This document shows, in pieces, positions 7,629 to 16,744 of a DNA stretch of 64,000 nt. The notes under the pieces were generated by a model. That model was not told where the DNA came from. It saw only the letters and a list, made by a program, of their open reading frames with translations, and ran no database searches. Positions within the stretch are counted from its first letter, which is position 1. The number at the start of each line of letters is the position of its first letter. The DNA comes from Chlamydiales bacterium (GTDB lineage Bacteria; Chlamydiota; Chlamydiia; Chlamydiales; JAAKFR01): contig JAJACK010000001.1 of assembly GCA_022601535.1 (NCBI GenBank), positions 281,764 to 345,763 of the forward strand. Reading direction: 5' to 3'. The position numbers and the translations under genes are program-made.

Positions 7629-8695
7629 GGGATTTTAAGGAGACGGCCAGGCTGGAGTGTTGTCGAGTGGAGGTTATTCACTTTCATAAGATCTTCGATC
7701 GAAACTCGGTATTTGCGGGAAATGGTCCAAAGTGATTCACCTGGCTGAATGACATGTGTATCATTGGGAAGTGCTTTTGGATGCCGTTCTCGCCACTGTG
7801 GCCTTAACACCCCCTCTCCTGGTCTCCTGTAGAAACGGCCAGCAATTTCTGAAGCCTTCTCTTTGCATAAGGGGGAGCGAGAGGAATCTAAAAGCGCTTT
7901 ACAATACCGGAGAGCCTCTGCAGTTTTTACATTGAGTAGTTGAAGGAGGTCAACAGTCTCCTCATCGGGAAGGGTGGCAAGAGCAAAATCGTAGTCGGTG
8001 AGAAGGAGGAGATAGGCTGCTGTACGAGAGCCATCATGGATGTAGTCGAGGAGAAGCTGCCGCCGTCTTCCCTCTTCATAATTGGCCCCCTCTTGCTGTT
8101 TTCTAAAGTAGGTAGCAAGTGTTTCAAACTCTCCTTCTGAGACGAGAGTGATGAGGATCTCGTTTTCAATAGGAAGTTGTGTTCGGGCAAAAAGTGTTTG
8201 AAGTTGGATAAACTCAGGTGTAAAGCAGAAGATTTTCCCTGTCTCAGGCAGTCTTTTATAGAGACCACGTGCAGTGAAGGGATACTGTTCCTCTTTGGCA
8301 AAGCGGCAAATAGCTTTGTAATCTTCATCGCTAAGCCGTTTTTGAGGGGGAGAGCCGAGCGCTCTTTCAACATCAAAATCGTGCCCTTTAACAAGGGCAG
8401 AAAGAGCGTGTTTCCTACATTTGGGATCTTTTAGATTTTCGATGAGTGTTTCAAAAGATGCACTGGCAAACTCTTGAGGGAGTGCTATCTCAAGAGTTTC
8501 AGGCCTCCCTGGTCGATAGGCAAAATTGAGGCGTGACGAACTATCTCGATAGGCGAGATGGAAGAGAAGAGCTACAAAAACAACATTGAGCCCCAAACTC
8601 AAAATTAAGGTTTGTTTGAGCCATCGACTTGACACAAAGCCATCATAAAATAAATTCACTTGTTTTGAAAGAAGATCTAAGTAAAATTGTTCCAT
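7610..8695 (-). CDS. membrane-anchored LysM-domain protein
   Basis: One N-terminal TM segment (TLILSLGLNVVFVALLFHLAY) and a C-terminal LysM (HVIQPGESLWTISRKYRVSIEDLMKVNNL...LQPGRLLKIP). Confidence 0.75.
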   Translation of the reverse strand: MEQFYLDLLSKQVNLFYDGFVSSRWLKQTLILSLGLNVVFVALLFHLAYRDSSSRLNFAYRPGRPETLEIALPQEFASASFETLIENLKDPKCRKHALSALVKGHDFDVERALGSPPQKRLSDEDYKAICRFAKEEQYPFTARGLYKRLPETGKIFCFTPEFIQLQTLFARTQLPIENEILITLVSEGEFETLATYFRKQQEGANYEEGRRRQLLLDYIHDGSRTAAYLLLLTDYDFALATLPDEETVDLLQLLNVKTAEALRYCKALLDSSRSPLCKEKASEIAGRFYRRPGEGVLRPQWRERHPKALPNDTHVIQPGESLWTISRKYRVSIEDLMKVNNLHSTTLQPGRLLKIPHSRGS

Positions 8696-8697
8696 CT

Positions 8698-10758
8698 ATG
8701 AAATTTCCCTACTCTTGGCTAAACGCATATCTCCCGACAAAAAAATCTGCAACAGAGGTGGCAGATGCTCTCACCCAAATTGGATTGGAGGTCGATCACC
8801 TCGATTTGAGTGGAAAAGACCCTCTTTTTTCTGTCTCTCTCACACCCAATCTCGCCCACTGCAATAGCATTCGGGGAATTGCGCGCGAGCTCAGCGCTTT
8901 TTTCGATCAAAAAATTGAGCGAAAGACAACCAAACTCAAAGAGAAGGGGGATTCGATTGAAAATCTCATTTCAGTTTTGGTCGTCGACAAAGAGCACTGC
9001 CCCCGCTACAGCTGCCGCCTTTTGACAAATGTCAACGTAGCCCCCTCTCCTAGTTGGCTCTGTGAACGGCTCGAGGGGTGTGGAATTCGTCCTGTCAACA
9101 ATGTGGTTGATATCACAAATTTAGTGATGTTGGAACTCGGTCAACCTCTCCACGCTTTTGACTACGATCGATTAGAAGGAGGAGCAATCACAGTCCGTCA
9201 TCCTAAAAAAGGGGAAACCTTAAAAGCCTTAGATCAAACAGAGGTGGAACTTGAGGGTGAGATGCTTCTCATCTGCGATAAGAAAAAACCAATTGCAATC
9301 GGAGGTGTCATCGGAGGACTCAACAGCGAGGTGAGTGATACAACAACCACCCTCTTGCTTGAATCTGCCTATTTCGAACCGACCCAAGTGCGACGGGCAA
9401 GCAAAAAAACAGCTCTCCAAACAGAGGCGTCGTACCGATTTGAACGGGGCGTTGATCCAAATGGTGTGTTAGAGGCGTTAGACTATGCAGCATCTTTGAT
9501 TGCAGAGCATTGTAAAGCCGATGTTGCAAAAGGATTTATAGATTCTCAAGCGACTCAATTTCAACCACAAGAAGTGAAGTGCCGCCTTTCTCAAATCAAT
9601 CGGATTTTGGGAACAAAATTGAGTGTTGGAGAAGTGGTTACAATCCTCAATCGGATCGACCTCAAAGCGATCCCTGCAAAAGATGAGACGATCACTGTCT
9701 TTGCTCCTACCTACCGACACGATCTTCACGATGAAATCGATCTGATCGAAGAGGTCGCCAGATTTTATGGTTACGATAACTTGAAAAAAGAGGAGAAACC
9801 TCTATATCGGAGTGGAGATCTACTTGATTCTGCTGCGTATCAGTTTGAGAAAGAGCTTCGCAAAACATTGCTCCGCTTAGGGCTCTTTGAATTCCTCACA
9901 TGTGATCTCATCAGCCCAACACAAGCAGAGATGGTTCTTTCAAAAGAGCTTGCAACAAATGCACTCATCCATGTGATGAACCCTTGTTCACAAGATCAAT
10001 CGGTGATGCGCCCCTCTCTTTTACCTGCTCTACTCGCTCTTATCCACCACAACGGAGACCACCGGATGCCCGATGTGGCAGGGTTTGAAATAGGACGAGT
10101 TCACACAAAATCAGGAGATCAAATCGTCCAACAAACGGTTGCATCGATCATTATGACGGGAAAACAAACTCCAGATCATTGGCAAGTGAAACCAAAACAA
10201 GTCGATTTCTTTGCTTTGAAAGGGTGTGTTGAAAATCTTTTGGAAAAAGAAAGCGTTGACCATGTCCGTTTTCAACCAAGCTCCCGCCACATTTTCCACC
10301 CTCATCGACAAGCGACCATCAAGGTAGAGAAACAAGAGATTGGAGTGATGGGTGAAATTCATCCCATCCTCTTGCAACAAAATGGAATTACACATCCCGT
10401 CTATTTTGCTGAACTCAACGTTGAAGATTTAGCAACTTTGAAAAAAAGTGCTGTGAAAATGGAACCACTGCAAACTTTCCCAGGAACATCCCTTGATTGG
10501 ACTGTGACCGTGAAAGAGAGTGTGACCTTCGATGAAATCGTCACAGCATTTGATGAAAAAGAGATTCCTCTTCTACAACGGTTCTCCATCCTTGACGTAT
10601 ATCATGGAGAGAAGCTAGGATCAGGATGGAAAAACATTACAATGCGTTTCATCTATCGTGATACAACAAAAACAATTGCCCTGGAAACTGCTCAGGAGTG
10701 CCACCATCAGATCACAACGTCAATTTTGGAAAAACTTAAAGAAAAGGCGAAAGAATGA
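8698..10758 (+). CDS. pheT: phenylalanine--tRNA ligase beta subunit, lacking the N-terminal tRNA-binding OB (B2) domain
   Basis: Canonical start MKFPYSWLNAYLP, then B3/4 (CPRYSCRLL, LGQPLHAFD), FDX-ACB and B5 regions. The tracked upstream extension (8629) is not PheT-like. Confidence 0.9.
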   Translation: MKFPYSWLNAYLPTKKSATEVADALTQIGLEVDHLDLSGKDPLFSVSLTPNLAHCNSIRGIARELSAFFDQKIERKTTKLKEKGDSIENLISVLVVDKEHCPRYSCRLLTNVNVAPSPSWLCERLEGCGIRPVNNVVDITNLVMLELGQPLHAFDYDRLEGGAITVRHPKKGETLKALDQTEVELEGEMLLICDKKKPIAIGGVIGGLNSEVSDTTTTLLLESAYFEPTQVRRASKKTALQTEASYRFERGVDPNGVLEALDYAASLIAEHCKADVAKGFIDSQATQFQPQEVKCRLSQINRILGTKLSVGEVVTILNRIDLKAIPAKDETITVFAPTYRHDLHDEIDLIEEVARFYGYDNLKKEEKPLYRSGDLLDSAAYQFEKELRKTLLRLGLFEFLTCDLISPTQAEMVLSKELATNALIHVMNPCSQDQSVMRPSLLPALLALIHHNGDHRMPDVAGFEIGRVHTKSGDQIVQQTVASIIMTGKQTPDHWQVKPKQVDFFALKGCVENLLEKESVDHVRFQPSSRHIFHPHRQATIKVEKQEIGVMGEIHPILLQQNGITHPVYFAELNVEDLATLKKSAVKMEPLQTFPGTSLDWTVTVKESVTFDEIVTAFDEKEIPLLQRFSILDVYHGEKLGSGWKNITMRFIYRDTTKTIALETAQECHHQITTSILEKLKEKAKE

Positions 10759-11711
10759 CTAAGTATTTATTACTCATTGCTGCTCTAGTTGCAACCGTCG
10801 GTTGCCGAAACCACTATCAAGGAGAGGTCGTTAAAGAGACCTACGAACATAAATATGGAGTCCCCGTCTCTGCCGCTGATTGGGAGAAACAAGGACAAGA
10901 TGGAAAAGTGATTCAACTACGCAAAGATGGCGTAACAGTCACTCATTCCTACGACCATGGTGTTTTAAATGGCGTCTCAAGTTGGACTTTTTCAAACTCA
11001 ACAACGATCCAACGGGAAGAAGACTATGATCAAGGGAAAATGGTTGCTCGCCGAGAACACTACATCAGTGGTATCCCCTCTAGAGAAATTTGTTACGACC
11101 AAGATGGAGCTGCCACACGTCGAATGCGTTGGTATGAAGATGGAACGCCTGCTGCAATTGAAAGCTATGAACAACACCTTTTAACAACCGGTGAATACCG
11201 AACTCCTCTCAATCTCATCGGATCAAAAGTCTCAGAAGGAGAAGGGAAACGTCTTATGTGGGACAATGAAGGACAGCTCATTGCCGAAGATAAAATTGTA
11301 GATGGAAAACTCACTGAACGGGTTGAATATTACGCAAATGGCGATCCTTCTGTGATCACACCTTACGTCAATGATGAAATTCATGGAGAGAGGCTCACCT
11401 TTCAAAAAGGAGGACTTCCCAACACATGTGAAAAATGGGTTTGCGGGAAACAAGAAGGGGCCACGCTTGTCTACCTCAACGGTGAAAAATTTGCTGAAGT
11501 TCCCTACAAAGACGGAGCCAAACATGGAATCGAACTCCGTTTCCGTGACGGCTCCCTTGTCGTTGAAGAGATCAACTGGGTCAATAACCTTCAACACGGC
11601 TCTCATAAACTCTTTATCGATGGATCGACAAAGACAGAGTGGTATCACCACGGGTCAGTTGTTAGTCGCCCAACTTATGAACGATTGAATCCTATTTACG
11701 CAGAGCGATGA
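10755..11711 (+). CDS. lipoprotein with MORN-variant (YwqK-type) repeats
   Basis: Lipobox LVATVGC. Repeated G.x.Y..G......Y.dG..hG units (e.g. YANGDPSV...NDEIHGERL, YLNGEKFAEVPYKDGAKHGIEL). ATGA overlap with pheT. Confidence 0.65.
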   Translation: MTKYLLLIAALVATVGCRNHYQGEVVKETYEHKYGVPVSAADWEKQGQDGKVIQLRKDGVTVTHSYDHGVLNGVSSWTFSNSTTIQREEDYDQGKMVARREHYISGIPSREICYDQDGAATRRMRWYEDGTPAAIESYEQHLLTTGEYRTPLNLIGSKVSEGEGKRLMWDNEGQLIAEDKIVDGKLTERVEYYANGDPSVITPYVNDEIHGERLTFQKGGLPNTCEKWVCGKQEGATLVYLNGEKFAEVPYKDGAKHGIELRFRDGSLVVEEINWVNNLQHGSHKLFIDGSTKTEWYHHGSVVSRPTYERLNPIYAER

Positions 11712-12232
11712 AGTGTGGGGTGGTCCTTAAGCGACCACCTCTCCTCTTGAAGATCGATCCACTCCCCATGCTGAAAATCGTCGTAAATCCGCTGCATCAC
11801 AGGATGTGCATTTGCATCATAGAGAGTCATTCCATTAAACGAATCGCTCAATGCTTTGTATGAAAGAAGGTGTTCAGATAAAAGTCGACCACAAGGATAG
11901 AGCGTGCGACACCGACGGCAATACCCCTTTTCATAGAGCATCTCTTCTATCAAAATGGCCCTATCATCTTCGTTGAAAATCCACTGCTTAACAAGCTGAT
12001 TACTCTCAATGATCGGCTCCTTTCTCCATCCCAATTGATTGAGCGGCTTGAGCAAGCGGAAATCGAGAAGATGAGAATCGTAGACCACTTCGATCAAATG
12101 CGTTCCACGGTACTTCTCAATTGAAATCCATTTACGGTAAGGATCACTTACAATGCGGTAGGTTTTCCCCTCCCCTATTCCATAGGGAGTTCCATTCCGC
12201 CAGTAGTAATCTGCATAAAAAGACATCGCCAT
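11696..12232 (-). CDS. hypothetical protein
   Basis: 178-aa ORF with an ATG start and no recognisable motif. The 3' end overlaps the MORN gene by 16 nt. Confidence 0.5.
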   Translation of the reverse strand: MAMSFYADYYWRNGTPYGIGEGKTYRIVSDPYRKWISIEKYRGTHLIEVVYDSHLLDFRLLKPLNQLGWRKEPIIESNQLVKQWIFNEDDRAILIEEMLYEKGYCRRCRTLYPCGRLLSEHLLSYKALSDSFNGMTLYDANAHPVMQRIYDDFQHGEWIDLQEERWSLKDHPTLHRSA

Positions 12233-12262
12233 CTATCTTATAAAGAACTACACTTTTGGGCG

Positions 12263-12673
12263 ATGAAAAAAATTGGACCCAAGCCCAAAATCCTCGTTCG
12301 AAAATTCGAGACAAGTATCACCCTTGAGCTCGCTCCAGCTTTCCTCTATGAAGGAGATGAAACACTCCTCCCATGGCTTCTGTCCTATGCAAAAAAAAGA
12401 GTTCTCCCTCTGCCCCCTCTTCCTCTTGACCATCTCCCCCCTTTTACACAAGGCATTTTAAAAAAATTAATCACCATTCCCTTTGGAACAACCCTCGCCT
12501 ACTCAGCTGTTGACCCTTCAGCTCCACGCGCCGTCGGGCAAGCGTGCGGAAGAAACCCCTACCCTCTTCTTATCCCGTGCCACCGAGTCACAGCAAAGCA
12601 CTCTCTTGGAGGCTTTGCGTTAGACCTCAATATCAAAAAAAGACTTCTAGAATTTGAAAAGCCTTCTACTTAA
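12263..12673 (+). CDS. ogt: methylated-DNA--protein-cysteine methyltransferase
   Basis: Active-site motif IPCHRV, with the upstream TTLAYSAV.....PRAVGQACGRNP helix-turn-wing pattern. Confidence 0.85.
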   Translation: MKKIGPKPKILVRKFETSITLELAPAFLYEGDETLLPWLLSYAKKRVLPLPPLPLDHLPPFTQGILKKLITIPFGTTLAYSAVDPSAPRAVGQACGRNPYPLLIPCHRVTAKHSLGGFALDLNIKKRLLEFEKPST

Positions 12674-12764
12674 GGAGTTATTAAACAAATCTTTATAAAA
12701 CATAAATGCAAATAGTTTATCATTGATCCATAAGTGAGTTTAATTTAAGATCTTTAGGGGAAAA

Positions 12765-13607
12765 ATGAATCCATTACAAACTACTCAACCTTCTTTTTGT
12801 AGAAATAACTTTAGGACCATGCTGATTGCCTCAGGAGGGCTCACAGCTGTTGTAACTGTTGTCATCGCTCTCCTCGCCTCCTCAGGGGCTGGGCCACTTC
12901 CTCTCGCATTTTCAGGGGTCTTAGGAGGACTTTCTTCCTCTGTTTTTGTAGGAGCTATCATCACTCACTTCCGACGGCAAAAGCCTCTTGATCAGACAGA
13001 AAAAGTCGTTGATAAAGCAGTGACTTCTGAGCGAGTTGAGCCTACACAATCACTCCCAAATTTCAGGAATTTACCTCCAGCGAGCCAAGAAATTGGCAGT
13101 GCAATCCAAGAGTTGATGAGAGCTGTGCTTCCACAAGCAAGCTCTGATGACATCGAAGCTGTTGCTGTTGCTCTAAGAGCAGACTTCATCGAACCTATAT
13201 TGCCCGATCTCTGGGATTTTTTTACAAAAGAAAAGCTGCTTGAATGGTCAGGTTCCCTTAAACAAAATTTGGATCAATGCAAAGCATTTCAAAATGGATG
13301 CAAAAGCAAAGTTCTACGCCTCACGCCAAATTTCTTAATAAGAAAAGCACTGAAACTGGACCTTGCCAATTACCCTAACCTACTGCAAGAGCTTGATACC
13401 TTAATGAGACTTATTCCCCTCTTAATCAAGGGGATCACAAACAAAAACTCCGCCTTTAGCCAAAAACTATTTGCCCTTCGAGCAAAGGTCTTAACCCCAC
13501 TTGAAACAACATTAAACCAACGGGTAGATGGCATGAGCCAAGCCGAGTTCCTGCGACTTGCCTGTATCCTATTCTACATGGCTGAACAACATTTTAAAGA
13601 GACATAA
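12765..13607 (+). CDS. Inc-like membrane protein (N-proximal bilobed hydrophobic domain)
   Basis: Residues about 19-70 form two hydrophobic lobes (MLIASGGLTAVVTVVIALLASSG / LAFSGVLGGLSSSVFVGAIITHF). The rest is helical and soluble. Confidence 0.65.
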   Translation: MNPLQTTQPSFCRNNFRTMLIASGGLTAVVTVVIALLASSGAGPLPLAFSGVLGGLSSSVFVGAIITHFRRQKPLDQTEKVVDKAVTSERVEPTQSLPNFRNLPPASQEIGSAIQELMRAVLPQASSDDIEAVAVALRADFIEPILPDLWDFFTKEKLLEWSGSLKQNLDQCKAFQNGCKSKVLRLTPNFLIRKALKLDLANYPNLLQELDTLMRLIPLLIKGITNKNSAFSQKLFALRAKVLTPLETTLNQRVDGMSQAEFLRLACILFYMAEQHFKET

Positions 13608-13608
13608 T

Positions 13609-14877
13609 ATGAGCACACAACCTGCAACAGAGACAACCCCTTCTTTTTTTGAACGACATAACAACGCTGTTTTAGCAACTTCGGCAGCGACACTTGCTGT
13701 CGCAGCTCTTGCTATTGGCCTTTTTGCAATGATCAGCACAATCCCCCTTTACTGGCCTTTAATCCCCTTTTCACTCATCGGTGCCGCAGCGACTATCACC
13801 TTTACCCTCGCTCTTATTGAGCGACGCCCCATCATCATTCAAAAAAATCCTCCTTCCCCTACTCCTTCAAGTGACTCGTCTTTTCAACACGTCTCATCTG
13901 GAAGAGCTTCTGTAGCTTCATCATCAGGCGCAGGCGATGTCTTCCTCGATGCAACTGACATCCCTTTTAAACCAGCTAAAGAGTATATAAGCGATTTAAC
14001 TTTAAACACACAAAACTTATTTGAAAATGGAACAAAAATTTTTAAAGCCTTTATTAAACTCTATGCACATGTTTACAGCGTTGATGAAACAGCGCGCACA
14101 GACGCAATTAGAGGAATATTAACTAGCTTACAGGAGTCCATTTCTCAAAAATTAATGGATGATTCAGACTTTCTTGTTTGGATGGCACTCGATAGCCTCT
14201 TTTCTCTTTCTGACCATTGTGTCTCTTATCGATCTGGAAAGAAAACGGCAGGCGATATTCTGAATTTACTCAAAACCCATGCTAATGGTGATGATGCTAT
14301 ATGTTCTCTTCTAGACACATGGTTTAAAGGCATTGATCTAAAACAAAAATTCTCTCCTCAAACAACTGTAGGACGCCAAGCTCTTGTAACAAATTATAAT
14401 CGTTTATCCGATGATTCAAAGGCAGAATTAACTGAGTTTTTCTGTGGAGGTATACAACTACAGCTCGAGAGTTATCTTCTCGAACAGTGGAGAAAAATAA
14501 AAGGAGCTATTATAGATGCGGGTTGGCTCGAGTCTACAGCCTTTAATGCTGTTGTTGGGAGGTCTCCCGACACACTCAGTGAGGAAGATCTTAAAAACTT
14601 TACCGGCTTAAAAGCAGCGCTTGCTGCGGTGCAAAATCAATCCGAAGAGGAAATTAAAAACTCTCCTCTTGCGCAATTCATTGAACCATTTTTTAGACCC
14701 TTAAGCGAGCAACTTAGACTCCCCATTTGTCGCGCTAAACATACCGGATCAAAATTACATTCTGTTGTGAAAGAGCTTTTATCGCCCAAAACAAACCTCG
14801 ATGAAAGCTCTATCCCATGCTTAGGGGGAACCCTCGCCGCCGCTGTAGAAGGGGTCGTTAAGAACAAAATAACATAA
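13609..14877 (+). CDS. Inc-like membrane protein (N-proximal bilobed hydrophobic domain)
   Basis: The ATG lies 1 nt after the previous stop (TAATATG). Two lobes (AVLATSAATLAVAALAIGLFAMISTI / LIPFSLIGAAATITFTLALI), then a Ser-rich linker and a large soluble domain. Confidence 0.65.
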   Translation: MSTQPATETTPSFFERHNNAVLATSAATLAVAALAIGLFAMISTIPLYWPLIPFSLIGAAATITFTLALIERRPIIIQKNPPSPTPSSDSSFQHVSSGRASVASSSGAGDVFLDATDIPFKPAKEYISDLTLNTQNLFENGTKIFKAFIKLYAHVYSVDETARTDAIRGILTSLQESISQKLMDDSDFLVWMALDSLFSLSDHCVSYRSGKKTAGDILNLLKTHANGDDAICSLLDTWFKGIDLKQKFSPQTTVGRQALVTNYNRLSDDSKAELTEFFCGGIQLQLESYLLEQWRKIKGAIIDAGWLESTAFNAVVGRSPDTLSEEDLKNFTGLKAALAAVQNQSEEEIKNSPLAQFIEPFFRPLSEQLRLPICRAKHTGSKLHSVVKELLSPKTNLDESSIPCLGGTLAAAVEGVVKNKIT

Positions 14878-14929
14878 GAGTTGGCATAAAACTTGCTCTG
14901 TTTTCTCCATCTAACCCAAGGAGGAAACA

Positions 14930-15106
14930 GTGGAAGAACGAGCACACGAACAAAAAATTGCTTATCTCGAATTTGTCAATGATCAACTCACTTCAGAAAT
15001 TCAATATGTAGATCGCCTACTGAAAATCATCGGGTTTCCCGAAGGGCTCGAAACCATCAAAGACGCCGCTCAAGAAGTGATCGAAGAAGAAGGGCTCGAA
15101 AGCTAA
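14930..15106 (+). CDS. small acidic protein (58 aa), not in the ORF track
   Basis: GTG start preceded by AAGGAGGAAACA-GTG (strong SD). Translation: VEERAHEQKIAYLEFVNDQLTSEIQYVDRLLKIIGFPEGLETIKDAAQEVIEEEGLES. It falls below the track's length cut-off. Confidence 0.4.
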   Translation: MEERAHEQKIAYLEFVNDQLTSEIQYVDRLLKIIGFPEGLETIKDAAQEVIEEEGLES

Positions 15107-16026
15107 GAGATTAAATGCTTTTTCCTAAAGGGTCTATTCCCATTTTTGCGGAGATAGGGTCGAAGGCGAGGTGCTGTTAAGCACCCCTCTGAACAACACC
15201 CTTTCTGCTTTTCAATACACGGCTCACAGCAGAGAAAAAGGGTGTTGCAATCCATATTTGCGCAATTGTAATACGTATCGCTTGGGGCTTTGCAAAAATC
15301 GCAACTGGAAATCGGCTTCGCCTCTTCTTTCTCATCAATCGGAATCGCAAGTCGGTCGTCGAAAACAAAAAGTTTTCCCTTCCAATGGGAACTTCCCTCT
15401 TGCTGTCCATACGCAATCACTCCCCCTTCGAGCTGAAAAACTGTCTCAAATCCACGCTCTTTGAGAAGGGCTGAGTAAAGCTCACAGCGGATCCCTCCCG
15501 TACAATACATCATCACTTTCGTCTTTTTAGGGTCGTGACTCTCTTTAAGCCCATCGGCATATTTGGGAAAATCACGAAATTTGGCAAGAGGAGGAAGCTC
15601 GGCCCCTTCAAAATGGCCAATCTTCCACTCATAATCATTTCGCACATCAATCATGAGATACTCTTCATCCGACTCAATCATCTCCCGCCACTCTTTAGGG
15701 GTCACGTGCTCCCCCCCTTGACCCAATGCAACAGGTGTGTCAATCGCAACGAGCTGCTTCCGCGTTTTCACCGTCATCCGGGGGAAAATATGCTCTTGGA
15801 TTGTGTGAATTTTAAATTGAATCTTCGGATACTTTTGACGAAGCCACCCCATAAACGCGACGCAATCTTCTTTTGAGCCGCTCATCTGCCCATTGATTCC
15901 CTCTTCTGAAATGTAAATCCGACCAGACACATCTCTCTCTTTAAAAAATCTCTTATGTTCTTTCACCTCTCGATAAGGGTTTTCGATCGGTGTAAAGTAG
16001 TAATAGGCTAGGGCAAAATGACTCAT
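15103..16026 (-). CDS. trhO: rhodanese-domain protein UPF0176 / tRNA uridine(34) hydroxylase TrhO (YceA family)
   Basis: YYYF.PI, GRIYISEEGINGQMSG, the rhodanese loop MMYCTGGIRCE, and a C-terminal Cys cluster CDFC...CANMDC...CCEPC...GCCSEGC, as in E. coli YceA. Confidence 0.85.
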   Translation of the reverse strand: MSHFALAYYYFTPIENPYREVKEHKRFFKERDVSGRIYISEEGINGQMSGSKEDCVAFMGWLRQKYPKIQFKIHTIQEHIFPRMTVKTRKQLVAIDTPVALGQGGEHVTPKEWREMIESDEEYLMIDVRNDYEWKIGHFEGAELPPLAKFRDFPKYADGLKESHDPKKTKVMMYCTGGIRCELYSALLKERGFETVFQLEGGVIAYGQQEGSSHWKGKLFVFDDRLAIPIDEKEEAKPISSCDFCKAPSDTYYNCANMDCNTLFLCCEPCIEKQKGCCSEGCLTAPRLRPYLRKNGNRPFRKKHLIS

Positions 16027-16117
16027 AAGGGAAGAAGTGTAGCAGATGAAATTATTTCATTGTAGAAAAATCGGCATTGGGGTTATGATCCTGGATCTAT
16101 ATATTTAAGGAGTGTAA

Positions 16118-16744
16118 ATGTCACGTTATCGAGGTCCTAAAAATCGTATCGCACGTCGCTTTGGAGCTAATCTTTTTGGCCGTGCTCGTAATCCCCTATT
16201 GAAAAAGCCAAATCCTCCAGGGCAGCATGGAGCCCGCCGTAGGAAGAAATCTGACTATGGGATCCAGCTCGAAGAGAAGCAGAAGCTCAAAGCGTGCTTT
16301 GGAATGCTTCTTGAAAAGCAACTTGTCTCTAGTTTTAAAGCAGCCGCGAGCAAAAAGGGAAATACAGCTCAACTCTTTATGCAACATCTCGAATGCCGCC
16401 TGGATAATATCGTCTATCGCCTCCGCTTTGCTCGGACAATTTTTGCAGCACAACAGCTGATCAGCCATGGACACATTCTTGTTGATGGGAAGAAAGTTGA
16501 TAGACGTTCTTTCATCGTCAAGCCTGGAATGACCATTTCTATCCGAGAAAAGTCTCGCAAAATGCAATCGATTATCGATGCGATGGAAACTGCAACACAG
16601 CAGCTTCCAGACTACTGCGAACTCGACAAAGATAATTTTCAGGGGAAATTGATGATGGATCCTGATCTTGAACAGATCGAGGGACAACTCCCTCTTCCTG
16701 TCAATCTTCCCGTTGTTTGCGAATTCCTTGCACATAGAACATAA
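16118..16744 (+). CDS. rpsD: 30S ribosomal protein S4
   Basis: [16 protein letters not shown]...[10 protein letters not shown]...[13 protein letters not shown]...[17 protein letters not shown] are canonical S4 motifs. Confidence 0.95.
   Translation: MSRYRGPKNRIARRFGANLFGRARNPLLKKPNPPGQHGARRRKKSDYGIQLEEKQKLKACFGMLLEKQLVSSFKAAASKKGNTAQLFMQHLECRLDNIVYRLRFARTIFAAQQLISHGHILVDGKKVDRRSFIVKPGMTISIREKSRKMQSIIDAMETATQQLPDYCELDKDNFQGKLMMDPDLEQIEGQLPLPVNLPVVCEFLAHRT

Noticed and set aside
16196-16735. 179-aa ORF antisense to rpsD, plus the 197-aa ORF 16639-17232
   Set aside because: rpsD and murJ have unmistakable conserved motifs on these coordinates. The antisense frames have no motif and an odd (Cys/Ser-rich) composition.
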